Positions 39,287 through 49,800 of a stretch of 64,000 nucleotides of DNA are shown here, one piece after another. The stretch is taken from assembly GCA_963666515.2 (NCBI GenBank), contig OY762897.2:2752001-2816000 (forward strand), written 5' to 3'. Below the pieces are notes generated by a model. It was given only the letters and a program-made list of their open reading frames with translations. It was not told the DNA's origin and did not search any database. Origin of the DNA: Candidatus Binatia bacterium (GTDB lineage Bacteria > Desulfobacterota > Binatia > UBA9968 > JAJDTQ01). Every line of letters begins with the position of its first letter. Positions within the stretch are counted from its first letter, which is position 1. A program made the position numbers and the translations under genes.

Positions 39287-40078
39287 ATGAGTAACACCTA
39301 CCGCGTATTTTACTTCGAAGACGACGAGACCGTGGCGAACCCTCTCACGGCCTTCCTGGAAAAGCCGGTGCATGGCCCAACCCTAAAAGTGATCCACCAC
39401 GCCGACGCTACGCGTGCCAAAATTGCAATTGATCAGTGGAGTGACCCCCACCCTCCTCATGTGGTGCTTCTCGATCGCCACCAGAATGGCTACACGAATG
39501 CGGGAATCGACATCTGCAAGAAGGTCAAGACGAAATGGCCATCGACTCCTGTTGTCTTTCTCAGTGACCTCGCGGGGATACATGAACAGATCGAGGGCTT
39601 CGAGGTGCAAGCGAACGTCTACCTGCCAAAAGCTGCTCTGCTCAACGAACCCGACCACAAAGAACTCATACAAAAAGTTCTTCTCGCACAGATAATCAGG
39701 GACCCGGAGCCAAACCCGTCCGAGTATATGAACGGGAGCTTGCGTGTCAACAAAGGACGTCCGGCATTGTGGTGGCGCGATAAGGAACTCAACCTGAGTC
39801 CAGATAACATAGCCATCGTCGACGAATTGGCGAGTCTAAAGAAAAGGGGAGACACACGCATGTACATGGATTTAGCCATCGCCGGAGATCTCCGGGGGGA
39901 CGATGCGTATCTCAGGGACAATCTGAGAAAGCATATCCAGAATATACGGAGAGCTTTTCAGGAGGTTGACGAGGATTTCACTCAAGCCTGCAAGGACAAA
40001 CGCCACGGCATCATCGCAGTGCCGCAAAGAGGTTATAAGTGGGTAACCGACATATTATCTGAAGCCGCCGATGAGTGA
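39287..40078 (+). CDS. Response regulator (REC plus OmpR-like winged helix)
   Basis: FEDD, VLLD (phospho-Asp), GIDICKKV, PVVFLS, YLPK; C-terminal RKHIQNIRR...IIAVPQRGYKW. Confidence 0.88.
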   Translation: MSNTYRVFYFEDDETVANPLTAFLEKPVHGPTLKVIHHADATRAKIAIDQWSDPHPPHVVLLDRHQNGYTNAGIDICKKVKTKWPSTPVVFLSDLAGIHEQIEGFEVQANVYLPKAALLNEPDHKELIQKVLLAQIIRDPEPNPSEYMNGSLRVNKGRPALWWRDKELNLSPDNIAIVDELASLKKRGDTRMYMDLAIAGDLRGDDAYLRDNLRKHIQNIRRAFQEVDEDFTQACKDKRHGIIAVPQRGYKWVTDILSEAADE

Positions 40079-42198
40079 CGTCCTGCGTCAGCAGCACTCA
40101 TTGTCACAGGGAGTCTGAAAATAAACTTAACCCCTGTATTGTCAGGTAGGTTTTCGAGTTGACATGTGCCGCCATAGGCCATCACGATCTTTCTCGTAAG
40201 GAAAAGCCCCAAGCCCTGGTGTTCCTTGTCCCGTTCTCCCGCATTGCGGCGTAAGCTGTTTTCGCCGGCGCTATCATAGCTTGTACCGAGGTCGAAGACC
40301 TGAGCTAGCTTCTCGGTTTCAACCGTTTGTCCGCTATTGGACACCGTAAGAACCGCCTGCGGTGACCCGCTATCCTCGCCAACAACATCCAGCCGTACAA
40401 CTATTTTGCTATTTTTCGGATCTCGTCGCTCCCCGGCATTTGCAATAACTTTCTCCAAAGCTTGTCTGAAATAGTGGTCCGGGTTGTTTGGGAGACCTGT
40501 CGCGCCTAGAAACGGGCGACTGTCTCCCCCGTGACAGATACGGAAGTCAATGTTCTCCACCACATTCTCGTGTTCGTCGTTGTCCGAGAAGAACTCCACC
40601 ACCTCCGCGACGGAATCCGACAGGTCAAAGCTAGCTGGCCTGTGGTACTCGATTTCCTTGCGAACAACCTTATCGTAATTAAATGTCTCCCCCGACGTCC
40701 ACAAGCGTTGCATAACGTCTTCGACGCATTTTTCTATTTGACTGAGTCGCGTCCCATCACCTTCGGAGAGTCGACGAGCATCTGCAGGTATGCGACCCAG
40801 TGTACGCCTTGCTTCGTGTTGGAAGGTGTCGGCATACGAGTTAATATCCTTATTGGTCTGTTCGAGCCTCTCGTTGGTCCTCTCTAGGCTGTCGTTCACT
40901 TCTTGAAGACTCCTGCTGGCACGTCTTCGGCGTCGCTCCACATAGTAGACCAGGGAAGCCAGCAAAATAATTACGCCCATGACTACGACGGAGTCCTTGC
41001 CAAAGAGGATCGGAATCGGTTCTTCCACAACCACAGCAACAGGAACGTTTGTCCCGACCATCAAAATTTCTCTGTGTATCCGTAAGCGGTATACCCCTCC
41101 AACACCGAGAAAACACATACCCGGCCCCTCTTGACACTCGTCAATTCCAGCGAAATAGAACGCGGAGGAATAAAGAGGCGACAGCAGTAAAGCCCACGGG
41201 CTACTCACAACCGTAACTGTCCTGTTCTTTGGTTTTCTGGTCCTTGACAACACGTAGTTGCCGCGTCGGATCTCATAGTACCAAAAAAGATAACGCAGAT
41301 ACTTAACGATCGGATATGAGTCGATCTCGTCAAACAGCGGCAGCGGCCTGCCGGTTCCAATCCGGTTAGTGGCAGTCTCCGTTCCTATTGACACAACCAA
41401 CTCAACAGCGTCGGCCGGACACTTCTGGACGGCTAGCTCAAGAAACCAATCCTTTTCTGACTGGTCAAGTCTCCACCACCTTCCATTCACAACTGCGTCG
41501 CCACACACAGTGGCTTTCCGACGCTCACGGTCGGTATCTTCGTCGGCCCAGTAATCGGGGTTAAGTAGCTTAAAATCCCCATTGTCCTGAAACAAGAGGC
41601 GAAAGGTCTTCTCTTCCAACTGGTCATTGTGCACCGTCAACCTCATGACGACATGGTCACGAGGGTTCGGCGTCATCACTAAATGGCCCAGGATGTAAAG
41701 GGGGCCTGCATTGCGGTCATTGGCGAACCGCAATCTGAAATCAGGCCTGACATCAAATACGTCGCTTAGTGACGCACTATCGTAGAAACTCAGCGTGTTG
41801 GCCAAATAAGGCGTGACAGCTGTACCATATGACGGCTCCTCATATTTAAAGTTATCGTAGAGCCAGGATCCGGGATTCTCGTCATCATGACTAACTATTA
41901 ATTTCTTTTGCCCCACGGCATGGTCATGCATCTTCTTCCAATCCGCCACGGACATGTCGCCGACATCGATCCTGAAGGGCTTCGGATCGTAGACAAACAG
42001 AAAAGTCCGAACAACTCTGTGTTTGAGGGCGTTCGTATTCTCAACAAGCTTCTGCAGCGTGTTCGCTCTGTCTTCCACTCGTTGTCTTGTATTCGAAACG
42101 GAATTCGTCGTCGCCCAAAGAAACGTCATCATCGCGCTCGCGAAGAGCACCGCCGTAACCATGAACGGATTCCTCGTCACCGACTTTATCAACAACAC
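40033..42198 (-). CDS. Membrane sensor histidine kinase with a large extracytoplasmic domain
   Basis: N-terminal TM, about 400-aa periplasmic region, second TM, coiled coil, H-box FQHEARRTL, N-box EKVIANA, VSNSG, VFD, GLGLF; GGAGG RBS before GTG 42198 (the ORF-track extension to 43581 is an off-frame shadow of the antiporter gene). Confidence 0.82.
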   Translation of the reverse strand: MLLIKSVTRNPFMVTAVLFASAMMTFLWATTNSVSNTRQRVEDRANTLQKLVENTNALKHRVVRTFLFVYDPKPFRIDVGDMSVADWKKMHDHAVGQKKLIVSHDDENPGSWLYDNFKYEEPSYGTAVTPYLANTLSFYDSASLSDVFDVRPDFRLRFANDRNAGPLYILGHLVMTPNPRDHVVMRLTVHNDQLEEKTFRLLFQDNGDFKLLNPDYWADEDTDRERRKATVCGDAVVNGRWWRLDQSEKDWFLELAVQKCPADAVELVVSIGTETATNRIGTGRPLPLFDEIDSYPIVKYLRYLFWYYEIRRGNYVLSRTRKPKNRTVTVVSSPWALLLSPLYSSAFYFAGIDECQEGPGMCFLGVGGVYRLRIHREILMVGTNVPVAVVVEEPIPILFGKDSVVVMGVIILLASLVYYVERRRRRASRSLQEVNDSLERTNERLEQTNKDINSYADTFQHEARRTLGRIPADARRLSEGDGTRLSQIEKCVEDVMQRLWTSGETFNYDKVVRKEIEYHRPASFDLSDSVAEVVEFFSDNDEHENVVENIDFRICHGGDSRPFLGATGLPNNPDHYFRQALEKVIANAGERRDPKNSKIVVRLDVVGEDSGSPQAVLTVSNSGQTVETEKLAQVFDLGTSYDSAGENSLRRNAGERDKEHQGLGLFLTRKIVMAYGGTCQLENLPDNTGVKFIFRLPVTMSAADAGRHSSAASDNMSVTHL

Positions 42199-44222
42199 TC
42201 GGTCCTCCCTCTTTTCTGGTCTTCTTCCCCGTCCGGGGGCGGCGCCGTGAGGAGCTGCACGGCCCGGTCCAGGTCGGCGTGGCTGCCGAGCAGGACGAGG
42301 ATGTCGTTCGGCTGCAGCCGGTAGTCCATGGGCGGGCTCTCCACCGAGACGCCGTACCGGACCAGCGCCAGCACGCTGGTCCTTCCCTGGAAGTGATCCT
42401 TCAGGTCGCCGATGGTGTAGTGCGCCCCGGGCGCATCCTCCTGCACCAGGAACGTGTCCGCGGTGGCGCCGGTGAGGAACTGGTTGAAACGGGCCAGGCT
42501 CTTGCCTTCCAGCCTCAGCCCGCGCAACATGCTGTAGCCTTCCCGGCGCACCAGCTCCACCTGCATGGTGATGACGTTGCGCGGCACGTGGTACTCCTGC
42601 AGGACCCGCGCGAAGATCTCCACCGAAGTCTCGAACTCCTCCGGTATGACCTCGTTGGCGCCCAGGCGCGTCAACCGCGCGATCTCGGCCACGTATCGTG
42701 TCCGGACGATGATGTAGAGGTCGGGATTGAGCCTCCGGGCGTGCGCGACCACGCGCGACGTCGCCGCCGGGTCGCTGATGGCCGCCACCAGCACGCGCGC
42801 CCGCGCCACCCCCGCGGCGGCGAGAACCGCCGGACGGGTGGCGTCGCCGAACTCGACCGGCTCGCCTTCGTCCTCGACCTGCCGCGAAACATCCGGGTTC
42901 AGGTCCAGTATCCGGTGAGGGATGTCCACCTCCCGCAGCACCCGGGCCAGGTTCCGCCCGTTGACCCCGTAGCCCACGATGATGACGTGCCCGGTCATCT
43001 CGCCGGCGGACGGCCCTTCGGCCTTGCCGCCGCGGTCCAGCGCGAACCCCAGGCGCCCTCCGCCGAGGATCAGCAAGGGGGTCACCAGCATGCTGAGAAT
43101 GGCGGTTGCGAGGAAGAGCTGCTCCTGGTCCGGCGACAGGATCTCGAAAGCGCTGCCCATGCGCGCGAGGATGAGCGAGAACTCGCCCACCTGGGCCAGC
43201 GTCAGGCCCAGCAGCAGGCCGAGACGGAACGAACGCTGCAGAAACGAGAAGATGGCGGTGACCAGGCCTCCCTTGATGAGCACCAGCAACAGCCACGCCG
43301 CGCCGATCAGGGTAAATTGCTCGCCCACGAAGCCGACTTCCACCTGCATTCCCAGGGAGATGAAGAAGATGCCGGCAAAGCTGTCCCTCAGCGGGAGGAT
43401 GTCGGCGATCACCTGGTGGCTGTACTCCGAATCGGAGATCAGCAGACCGGCAACGAACGCCCCCAGGGCGAGCGAGATGCCGGACTGGAACGCCAGCCAA
43501 GCGGTGCCGAGACAGATGAGCAGCACGCAGAGGAGAAAGATCTCCTGATTCCGCAGGCGGGCCACCTGGTGGAGGAACCACGGCACGACGAAACGCGCCG
43601 CCACGAAGATCAGGGCCACCGCCAGCACCGCTTTTCCCAGCGTGAGCCCCACCACCTGGAGGGAGAACGCCTCGGTCTCCCCTAGCACCGGCACCGACAG
43701 CATCATGGGCACGGCGACGATGTCCTGGAGCAGCAGCGTGCCCACCGCGAGCCGGCCGTGAAGGGACGACAGTTCGTCGCGGTCGCTCAGGATCTTGAGC
43801 ACGATGGCGGTGCTGCTGAGGGACGCCAGCAGCCCGAAGAAGAAGCTGAGGCCGGGGGAAAACCCCAGGTAGAGGCCAATCGCGGTCACCACAAAGACGG
43901 TGAGGCCGACCTGCAGCAGGCCGCCGGTGATGATCAACCCCCTTACCGCCATGAACCGCTCGAAGGAGAATTCCAGGCCGATGGAGAAGAGCAGCAGCAC
44001 GATGCCGATCTCCGCGAGGATCTCCAGCTCGTGCCCGTGGCCGATGACGCTGAAGCCGTGCGGCCCCATGATGACGCCCACCGCAAGAAAGCCGATGACC
44101 GTGGGGAGCCGCAGCTTGTGGAAGGCGAAGACCGTGGCCACCGTGAGGGCCAGGACGGTCACGAGACTCGTGAGGACGTTGAGCATGCCGCGTTCCGAAA
44201 GGGAAACCGCGCGGTGTTTCAC
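42189..44222 (-). CDS. CPA2 cation:proton antiporter (KefB/KefC-like) with TrkA-N and TrkA-C domains
   Basis: LAEIGIVLLLFSIGLE, LSSTAIVLK, LLLQDI, LAQVGEFS, IIVGYGVNGR, GDAT; start may be ATG 44186. Confidence 0.92.
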   Translation of the reverse strand: MKHRAVSLSERGMLNVLTSLVTVLALTVATVFAFHKLRLPTVIGFLAVGVIMGPHGFSVIGHGHELEILAEIGIVLLLFSIGLEFSFERFMAVRGLIITGGLLQVGLTVFVVTAIGLYLGFSPGLSFFFGLLASLSSTAIVLKILSDRDELSSLHGRLAVGTLLLQDIVAVPMMLSVPVLGETEAFSLQVVGLTLGKAVLAVALIFVAARFVVPWFLHQVARLRNQEIFLLCVLLICLGTAWLAFQSGISLALGAFVAGLLISDSEYSHQVIADILPLRDSFAGIFFISLGMQVEVGFVGEQFTLIGAAWLLLVLIKGGLVTAIFSFLQRSFRLGLLLGLTLAQVGEFSLILARMGSAFEILSPDQEQLFLATAILSMLVTPLLILGGGRLGFALDRGGKAEGPSAGEMTGHVIIVGYGVNGRNLARVLREVDIPHRILDLNPDVSRQVEDEGEPVEFGDATRPAVLAAAGVARARVLVAAISDPAATSRVVAHARRLNPDLYIIVRTRYVAEIARLTRLGANEVIPEEFETSVEIFARVLQEYHVPRNVITMQVELVRREGYSMLRGLRLEGKSLARFNQFLTGATADTFLVQEDAPGAHYTIGDLKDHFQGRTSVLALVRYGVSVESPPMDYRLQPNDILVLLGSHADLDRAVQLLTAPPPDGEEDQKRGRTECC

Positions 44223-44297
44223 GCGTGGTTCAATGATGATAGACGATTAAGGACTCCATGAATACAGGAACGGGCGCATGCGGCAACCGAGGAGACG

Positions 44298-45047
44298 ATG
44301 AACGGAGAAAACACGGTCATGGGCATCGACATCGGCGGCACCGGGGTCAAGGCGGCGCTGGTGGACACCGGGGGCGGAAGGATGACGACGGAGCGCGTGC
44401 GGCTGCCCACGCCCCAGCCGGCGACGCCGGCGGCGGTCATGGAGGCCATCCAGTCGCTGCAGCGGCAACTGGAGTGGCAGGGACCGGTGGGCTGCGGCTT
44501 CCCGGGCCTGGTCAAGCGGGGCCGGGTCGAGTGCGCCCCGAACCTCGATTCATCCTGGATCGGCTATGACCTCGCCGGCCAGCTCCAGGCCCAACTGGGG
44601 GCGCCGCTGGTAGGCATCGGCAACGACGCCGATGCCGCGGGACTGGCGGAGTTCCGGTTCGGCGCCGGACGGGAGGTGGGCGGCACCGTGATGGTGGTCA
44701 CCCTGGGGACCGGCATCGGTTCTGCGATCTTCCGTGACGGCGTGCTCCTGCCCGACACCGAGCTGGGCCATCTCGAAATACGCGGCAAGTCGGCGCAGAA
44801 GCGGGCCGCGGCCAGCGTGCGCGCAAGCCGTCGCCTGAGCTGGAAGAAATGGGGGAAACGGCTCAACGACTACCTGGTCCACGCGGAGTACCTTCTCGGA
44901 GTCGACCTGTTCATCATCGGCGGAGGGGTCAGCAAGAAGCCCGAGAAGTTCTTCCCCTACCTTCAGGACGTCGGCTGCCGGGTGGAAGCCGCGCAGCTCG
45001 GGAACGCCGCCGGCATCATCGGCGCCGCCCTGTTCCCCGCCCGCTAG
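44298..45047 (+). CDS. ppgK: Polyphosphate glucokinase (ROK family)
   Basis: GIDIGGTGVK, NDADAAGLAE, TLGTGIGSA, TELGHLE, LSWKKWGKRL, IGGGVSK, NAAGIIGAA. Confidence 0.88.
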   Translation: MNGENTVMGIDIGGTGVKAALVDTGGGRMTTERVRLPTPQPATPAAVMEAIQSLQRQLEWQGPVGCGFPGLVKRGRVECAPNLDSSWIGYDLAGQLQAQLGAPLVGIGNDADAAGLAEFRFGAGREVGGTVMVVTLGTGIGSAIFRDGVLLPDTELGHLEIRGKSAQKRAAASVRASRRLSWKKWGKRLNDYLVHAEYLLGVDLFIIGGGVSKKPEKFFPYLQDVGCRVEAAQLGNAAGIIGAALFPAR

Positions 45048-46639
45048 CCGTCCTGCAAACGGCGCAGCCAGGGCAGCAGCAGCGTGTAGGGGGGATCGGT
45101 TTCCCGGAGGCTTTGACTGAACTGGGCAAACAGCTCCGGGACCTTTGCGCACGCCAGCTCCCGCTGGATCCGCATGCGCGACACCAGCACCTCGGCCGCG
45201 GGCAGCGCGCGGCCGTCCTCGGCCGCGGGCAGCGCGCGGCCGTCCCCGGCCGCGGACGCGGCCTGGGCGAAATCCCGGGTCCGCGCCTCGTGCACGGTGA
45301 GATCCTGGATCGTGCCCAACGCGTCCTGGAGCTTCTTCAGGCGTGGCACGACGCTCCTGGCCTCGGGCATCAGATCCCCGAGGACCTCCATGAGGTAGCG
45401 AAGCTGCTTGCACTCGATGCGGAGGGAATGGAAGGCATCGGGCGCCGCCCCGCCGCCGAGCCGATACCCCTCCTGCAGGACGGCCCGGCACTTCTTCGCC
45501 ACGCGCTCGCCGGCCAGCCGCAGGATGGGCTCGGAGCCTCGCCGGCCGGAGCCCAGCGCGCACCCGTCCTCGACGCATTCCCGCCATTGTTCCAGCGCTT
45601 CGCCATAGGCGCGTGAACCCATGACCTCCGCCAGCTCCCGGCAAGCCGCTTTCCGCTCGCCGGCAGCGAAATCGAACAGCGGGGCCAGGTCGTCCGCCAG
45701 CGCTCCCGTCAGCATGCCCCGGTAGTCCGCCTGCTGCAGCAGGTACACGTCCAGGTCTCTCAGGACGTTGGTGGATTTGCCCAGCCACGCCAAGCGCTTC
45801 CTGAGCTTGGCCGCGGGCTCCGGCGCAAACACGTCCCGGAGTTGTCCCAGGTAGGACCGGGCGCGCCGGACGGCCACCCGGAAGTCGTGCAGGAACTCCG
45901 TGTCCACGTCGTTGAGGACGCCCTCCTCGTTGACGCGCGCCACCCGGTACTGGGCGCCGAGCATGGCGCGGACCGCGCCGGCCGCGCCCATGGAGGCGGC
46001 AAGCTCCACCCTGGACACGGACGCCGCGCGCAGGGGATCCAGGTCCAGGGCCTCGACGGCCTCACGATAGCGGGAGCCGCCCTCGGGCCGGGCGCCCCGT
46101 TCCTCCCACCACCCGCACACCTGCCGGAAAACCTTGTTGTAGCCCCTTACCTGCCGGACCACCACGCGGGGGGCCAGCGGCGCCGTCCGTTTCCCGTCCG
46201 ACGCCTCGTCGTCCGCCAACGACACGCGCAGGACGGTCTTCCGGTCGCGGTTCCGGCAACTCCAGGTCCGAACCTCCGACCGCACGGTGAACAGCCTGAG
46301 CAACGCCCGGTCCCTGGTCAGCGTCACCAACTCGTCTCTCAACTCTCCCCGCGGCAGCCCGGCGGCGAAGACCGGAAGGCCGTCGAGACTCATGCGCCGC
46401 TCCTCGTCCGGCCGGTCGAGGCGCTCCAGATGGAGCGCCCCCTCACGACTCCACAGCGCCCGCGAGCGGGCGAAGAGCCGACCGTCGAAAGTGTCGAGAT
46501 AGACGGTCTCACGGCTTCGGCGCGGGTCTTCGCGAAGCCCGTGGAGGCGGATCAACCGGCCCAGCAGCAACCGTCCGGGCCGCCCCCGCGGAATGCCGAA
46601 CGTCAGCTCGGCATCCGCCGATGTGCGCACGGACTTCAT
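45044..46639 (-). CDS. CHAD domain protein (polyphosphate-binding) with CYTH-like N-terminus
   Basis: YLDTFDGRL; EFLHDFRVAVRRARS, LRDLDV, HSLRIECKQLRY, LQDALGTIQD. Confidence 0.88.
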   Translation of the reverse strand: MKSVRTSADAELTFGIPRGRPGRLLLGRLIRLHGLREDPRRSRETVYLDTFDGRLFARSRALWSREGALHLERLDRPDEERRMSLDGLPVFAAGLPRGELRDELVTLTRDRALLRLFTVRSEVRTWSCRNRDRKTVLRVSLADDEASDGKRTAPLAPRVVVRQVRGYNKVFRQVCGWWEERGARPEGGSRYREAVEALDLDPLRAASVSRVELAASMGAAGAVRAMLGAQYRVARVNEEGVLNDVDTEFLHDFRVAVRRARSYLGQLRDVFAPEPAAKLRKRLAWLGKSTNVLRDLDVYLLQQADYRGMLTGALADDLAPLFDFAAGERKAACRELAEVMGSRAYGEALEQWRECVEDGCALGSGRRGSEPILRLAGERVAKKCRAVLQEGYRLGGGAAPDAFHSLRIECKQLRYLMEVLGDLMPEARSVVPRLKKLQDALGTIQDLTVHEARTRDFAQAASAAGDGRALPAAEDGRALPAAEVLVSRMRIQRELACAKVPELFAQFSQSLRETDPPYTLLLPWLRRLQDG

Positions 46640-46813
46640 GGCATGGATGGAACCTTGAGGCGGGTTTCAAGCGGTTTTCGTGGTTTTCGTGGTTTTCGTT
46701 CGGTCACGGATGATGAAGCCTCCGGAGTGACGGAGTAGCATGGTATCACCCGTTGAGAGTCCGGCGCCAGTGCTTTCGGAGGCGGAGAAGGACGCCAGGA
46801 TTCAGGCTGTTCG

Positions 46814-49800
46814 CTACAATGCGAAGCGGGCGTTCAGCACGACCTCGTATTCCGGCTCGCCCTCGTGCGGCAGGGTCTGCTCGCCCGACAGGCTCAGCTC
46901 GAACCCGTTGTCCGTGTCCAGAACCCCGCCCACGCGCACCCGGTGCGACCCGCCGTCCTCCATCCCGAACCCGGCCTGGAGCGTGAACACCCCGCGCCCC
47001 TCCAGCGCCGGCAGCCCGTAGCCCAACTCCGTGTCCAGCCGAGCACCCGTCCGGCTTCCGGCCAGGCTCCCGCCTTCCGCAGCTCCCTCGTCCCACAGGC
47101 TCTCCACACCGCTCTCCGGCTCTCCCCACGACGGCTGCACCCGCAACGACAGCCCCAGACGGTCCGACCCTGGATCCAGAACCACGGACCCGCTCGCTCC
47201 CCAAACCTCGTACCCATTCACTTCGTGCGCAACCATGCCGCGGCCCCGGGCCTCCACCGTCAGCCCCCGCGCCACGTCCTCGTAGCGAACCCGTGCGTTC
47301 ACCTCCAACCCGAACCCCGTCTCCGCGTCCCCCGCGTCGTGGCGAACTCCCGCCTCCAGCGACGGCGTCAGCACTCCTCCACTCCCCACGTTGAACCCCC
47401 GGCTCCCCTCCAGCAACAGCCGAAGGTGGCGCGTCTCCGTCCGGGTCTCCTGCAACCGCCCCGCTACCGCGTCCGAGTTCATCCACACGAACATCCCGTC
47501 CGCGCGCAACGCCAACTCCACTCCCCCAGGCGCAGGCGCCAGCGTCTGCCGTGCTCCCACCCCCGCCATGTTCATCCCCATGTCCGTCCGAACCGTCTCA
47601 TCCCCCTCCCCCGGAGCCACCGCGTACTCTCCCTGGCCGTGACCCACCAAACCCCACACCGACAGTCGCTCGTTCTGCCAGCGAACGTACGGGTGCGCGC
47701 TCGTCAGCGTGCTCCAGGTCTTGCCGCTCCTGCCGCTCTTGGCGTCGTCATACGTGCCCCGGCCGTCGTTGTACGCCAACGCCATCCCCGCAGTCCAAGG
47801 ACCCCACTCCGCGTCCACACCCAGCGTCATCCCCACCACCTCACCGTCCAGCGACACCGAACGCTCCCGTCCGTCGAAGCGCGTCGCCGCGCCGCTCCCC
47901 CAACTCGTCCACCGCAGGCCCGAACCCGAGCCTTCCTCCGACGCTCCCAGCCGCCAACGGAACGCGCTGCTCGCCAACAACTCCCGCGTCGTCATCTCCT
48001 TCGTACCCGTGCCGAACCCCACTGCGCCGAACCCTAACGCTCCGTCCCCCTGAGGCCCTGGCCAGCCCGCTCCCTTCCGTTCCGAACCGCCTCTTGCCAA
48101 GCCCTCCCATTCCCCGGCCTCCGAAAGCCCGAACGACCCCATCGGCCGCCTCCCCTCGCCCTCCTCAGGCTTCTCCGCCGTCACTCCCCCCACCGTCAGG
48201 TGTGAGCCCGTCGCATCCCCGTGCAGCCGGGCGTCAATCGCCCCCATCACGTGTTCCCCTACCGTCCGTCCGAACCGCGCCAGCCACGCCTTCGGCAACG
48301 GGTCGTCGTTCGTGATCGTCCCCGTCCCCGCAGGGTCCGTCAGCTTCGCGTTCACACCATCGCTCAGCCGCAGCTCCATCGTCTCCGAACCCTCGTCGAA
48401 CTCGTCGTCCAACGTCGCCACCTCGACCGTCTTCTCCGTCTCCCCAGCCGCGAACGTGAACGTGCCCGAAACCGCAGTGTAGTCCTGTCCTGCATGGGCC
48501 GTGCCGTCTCGCGTCGCGTACCGAAGGATCACGATGTTGTCCGGCACCGCCTGCGCCAGGCTCACCGTGAACACCAGCGGCGAGCCCTCCTCAACGCTCA
48601 CGTCCGTCACCCGCACCTCGACCCCTTCGCCCCGACGGTCGTCGTCCTCAACCGTGCCCGTCCCCTCCGAGCCGCTCACACCCGCCGGCGCGTCCGTCAC
48701 GCCCACCCTCAACGTGAACGTCTCGTCCCCTTCCACCAACCCGTCCTCTAAGCTCGACACCGCTATCTCCTGGCTCTCTCCCGCCGTCCCCGCAAACGTC
48801 AGCGCCGTCACGTTCTCCGTGTAATCCGTCCCTTCCAACGCCGTCCCGTCCGCGTAGCTCGGCGTCACCGTCAGACCCCCCACCACCGCGTTCTCCAGCG
48901 TCACCGTGAAAACCAACTCCTCCCCTTCCTCCGCACGCGCCTCCGAAACCCTCACCACCGTCTCCGTCCCGTCCTCGATCGTCCCCGTCCCCGCCGCCCC
49001 CGTCTGTAACCCCCCCGGCCCCTCCGTCAGGTCCATGCTCACCGTGAACTCCTCGTTGTACTCCACCACCGCGTCCTCAAGGCTCATCACCTCGAACGTA
49101 CGGCTCTCTCCCGCCACGCCCGAAAACTCCAGCGCCGGACGGTTCTCCGTGTAGTCCAACCCTTCCTCCGCACTCCCGTCCGTAAACACCGGCCGCACCG
49201 TGAAGCCCGACTGTACCGCATTGTCCAGCGTCACCGTGAAAACCAGCGCTTCTCCCTCCTTCGCGCTCGCGTCCGAAATCGTCAGAACCGCCTCGTCGTC
49301 GTCCTCGATCACTCCTGCCCCGCTCACAACCTGCACCCCCGCAGGAACCTCCGTCGTGTCCAGACCCACCGTGAAGTCCTCGTCGTACTCCACAACACCG
49401 TCCTCCAGGCTCGTGACCTCGAACGTATGGCTCTCTCCCGCCACGCCCGAAAACTCCAGCGCCGAACGGTTCTCCCGGTAGTCCGACCCTTCCTCCGCGC
49501 TTCCGTCCGTGAAAACCGGCCGCACCGTGAAGCCCGACTGGACCGCGTTGTCCAGCGTCACCGTGAATACCAGCCCTTCTCCCTCCTCCCCACGCGCATC
49601 CGATACCGTCAACACCGCCTCATCGTCGTCCTCGATCACTCCAACCCCAGCTCCTACACGCAACCCCCCCGGCGCCCCCGATATCGAAAGCCCTATGTTG
49701 AACCACTCCTCGGGCTCCACAACACCGTCCTCAAGGCTCGGAACCGTCACCGACCGGCTCTCTCCGGACGTCCCCGAAAACTCCAACGTCGGTCGGTTCC

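Noticed and set aside
42199-43581. 1182-aa ORF suggesting a giant kinase
   Set aside because: The N-terminal ~460 aa are an off-frame GC-rich shadow overlapping the Kef gene; the kinase has its own RBS and start at about 42198
46673-46699. GGTTTTCGT x3 short tandem repeat, and a 27-bp duplication in the CHAD gene (about 45192-45245)
   Set aside because: Probably slippage duplications with no evidence of function
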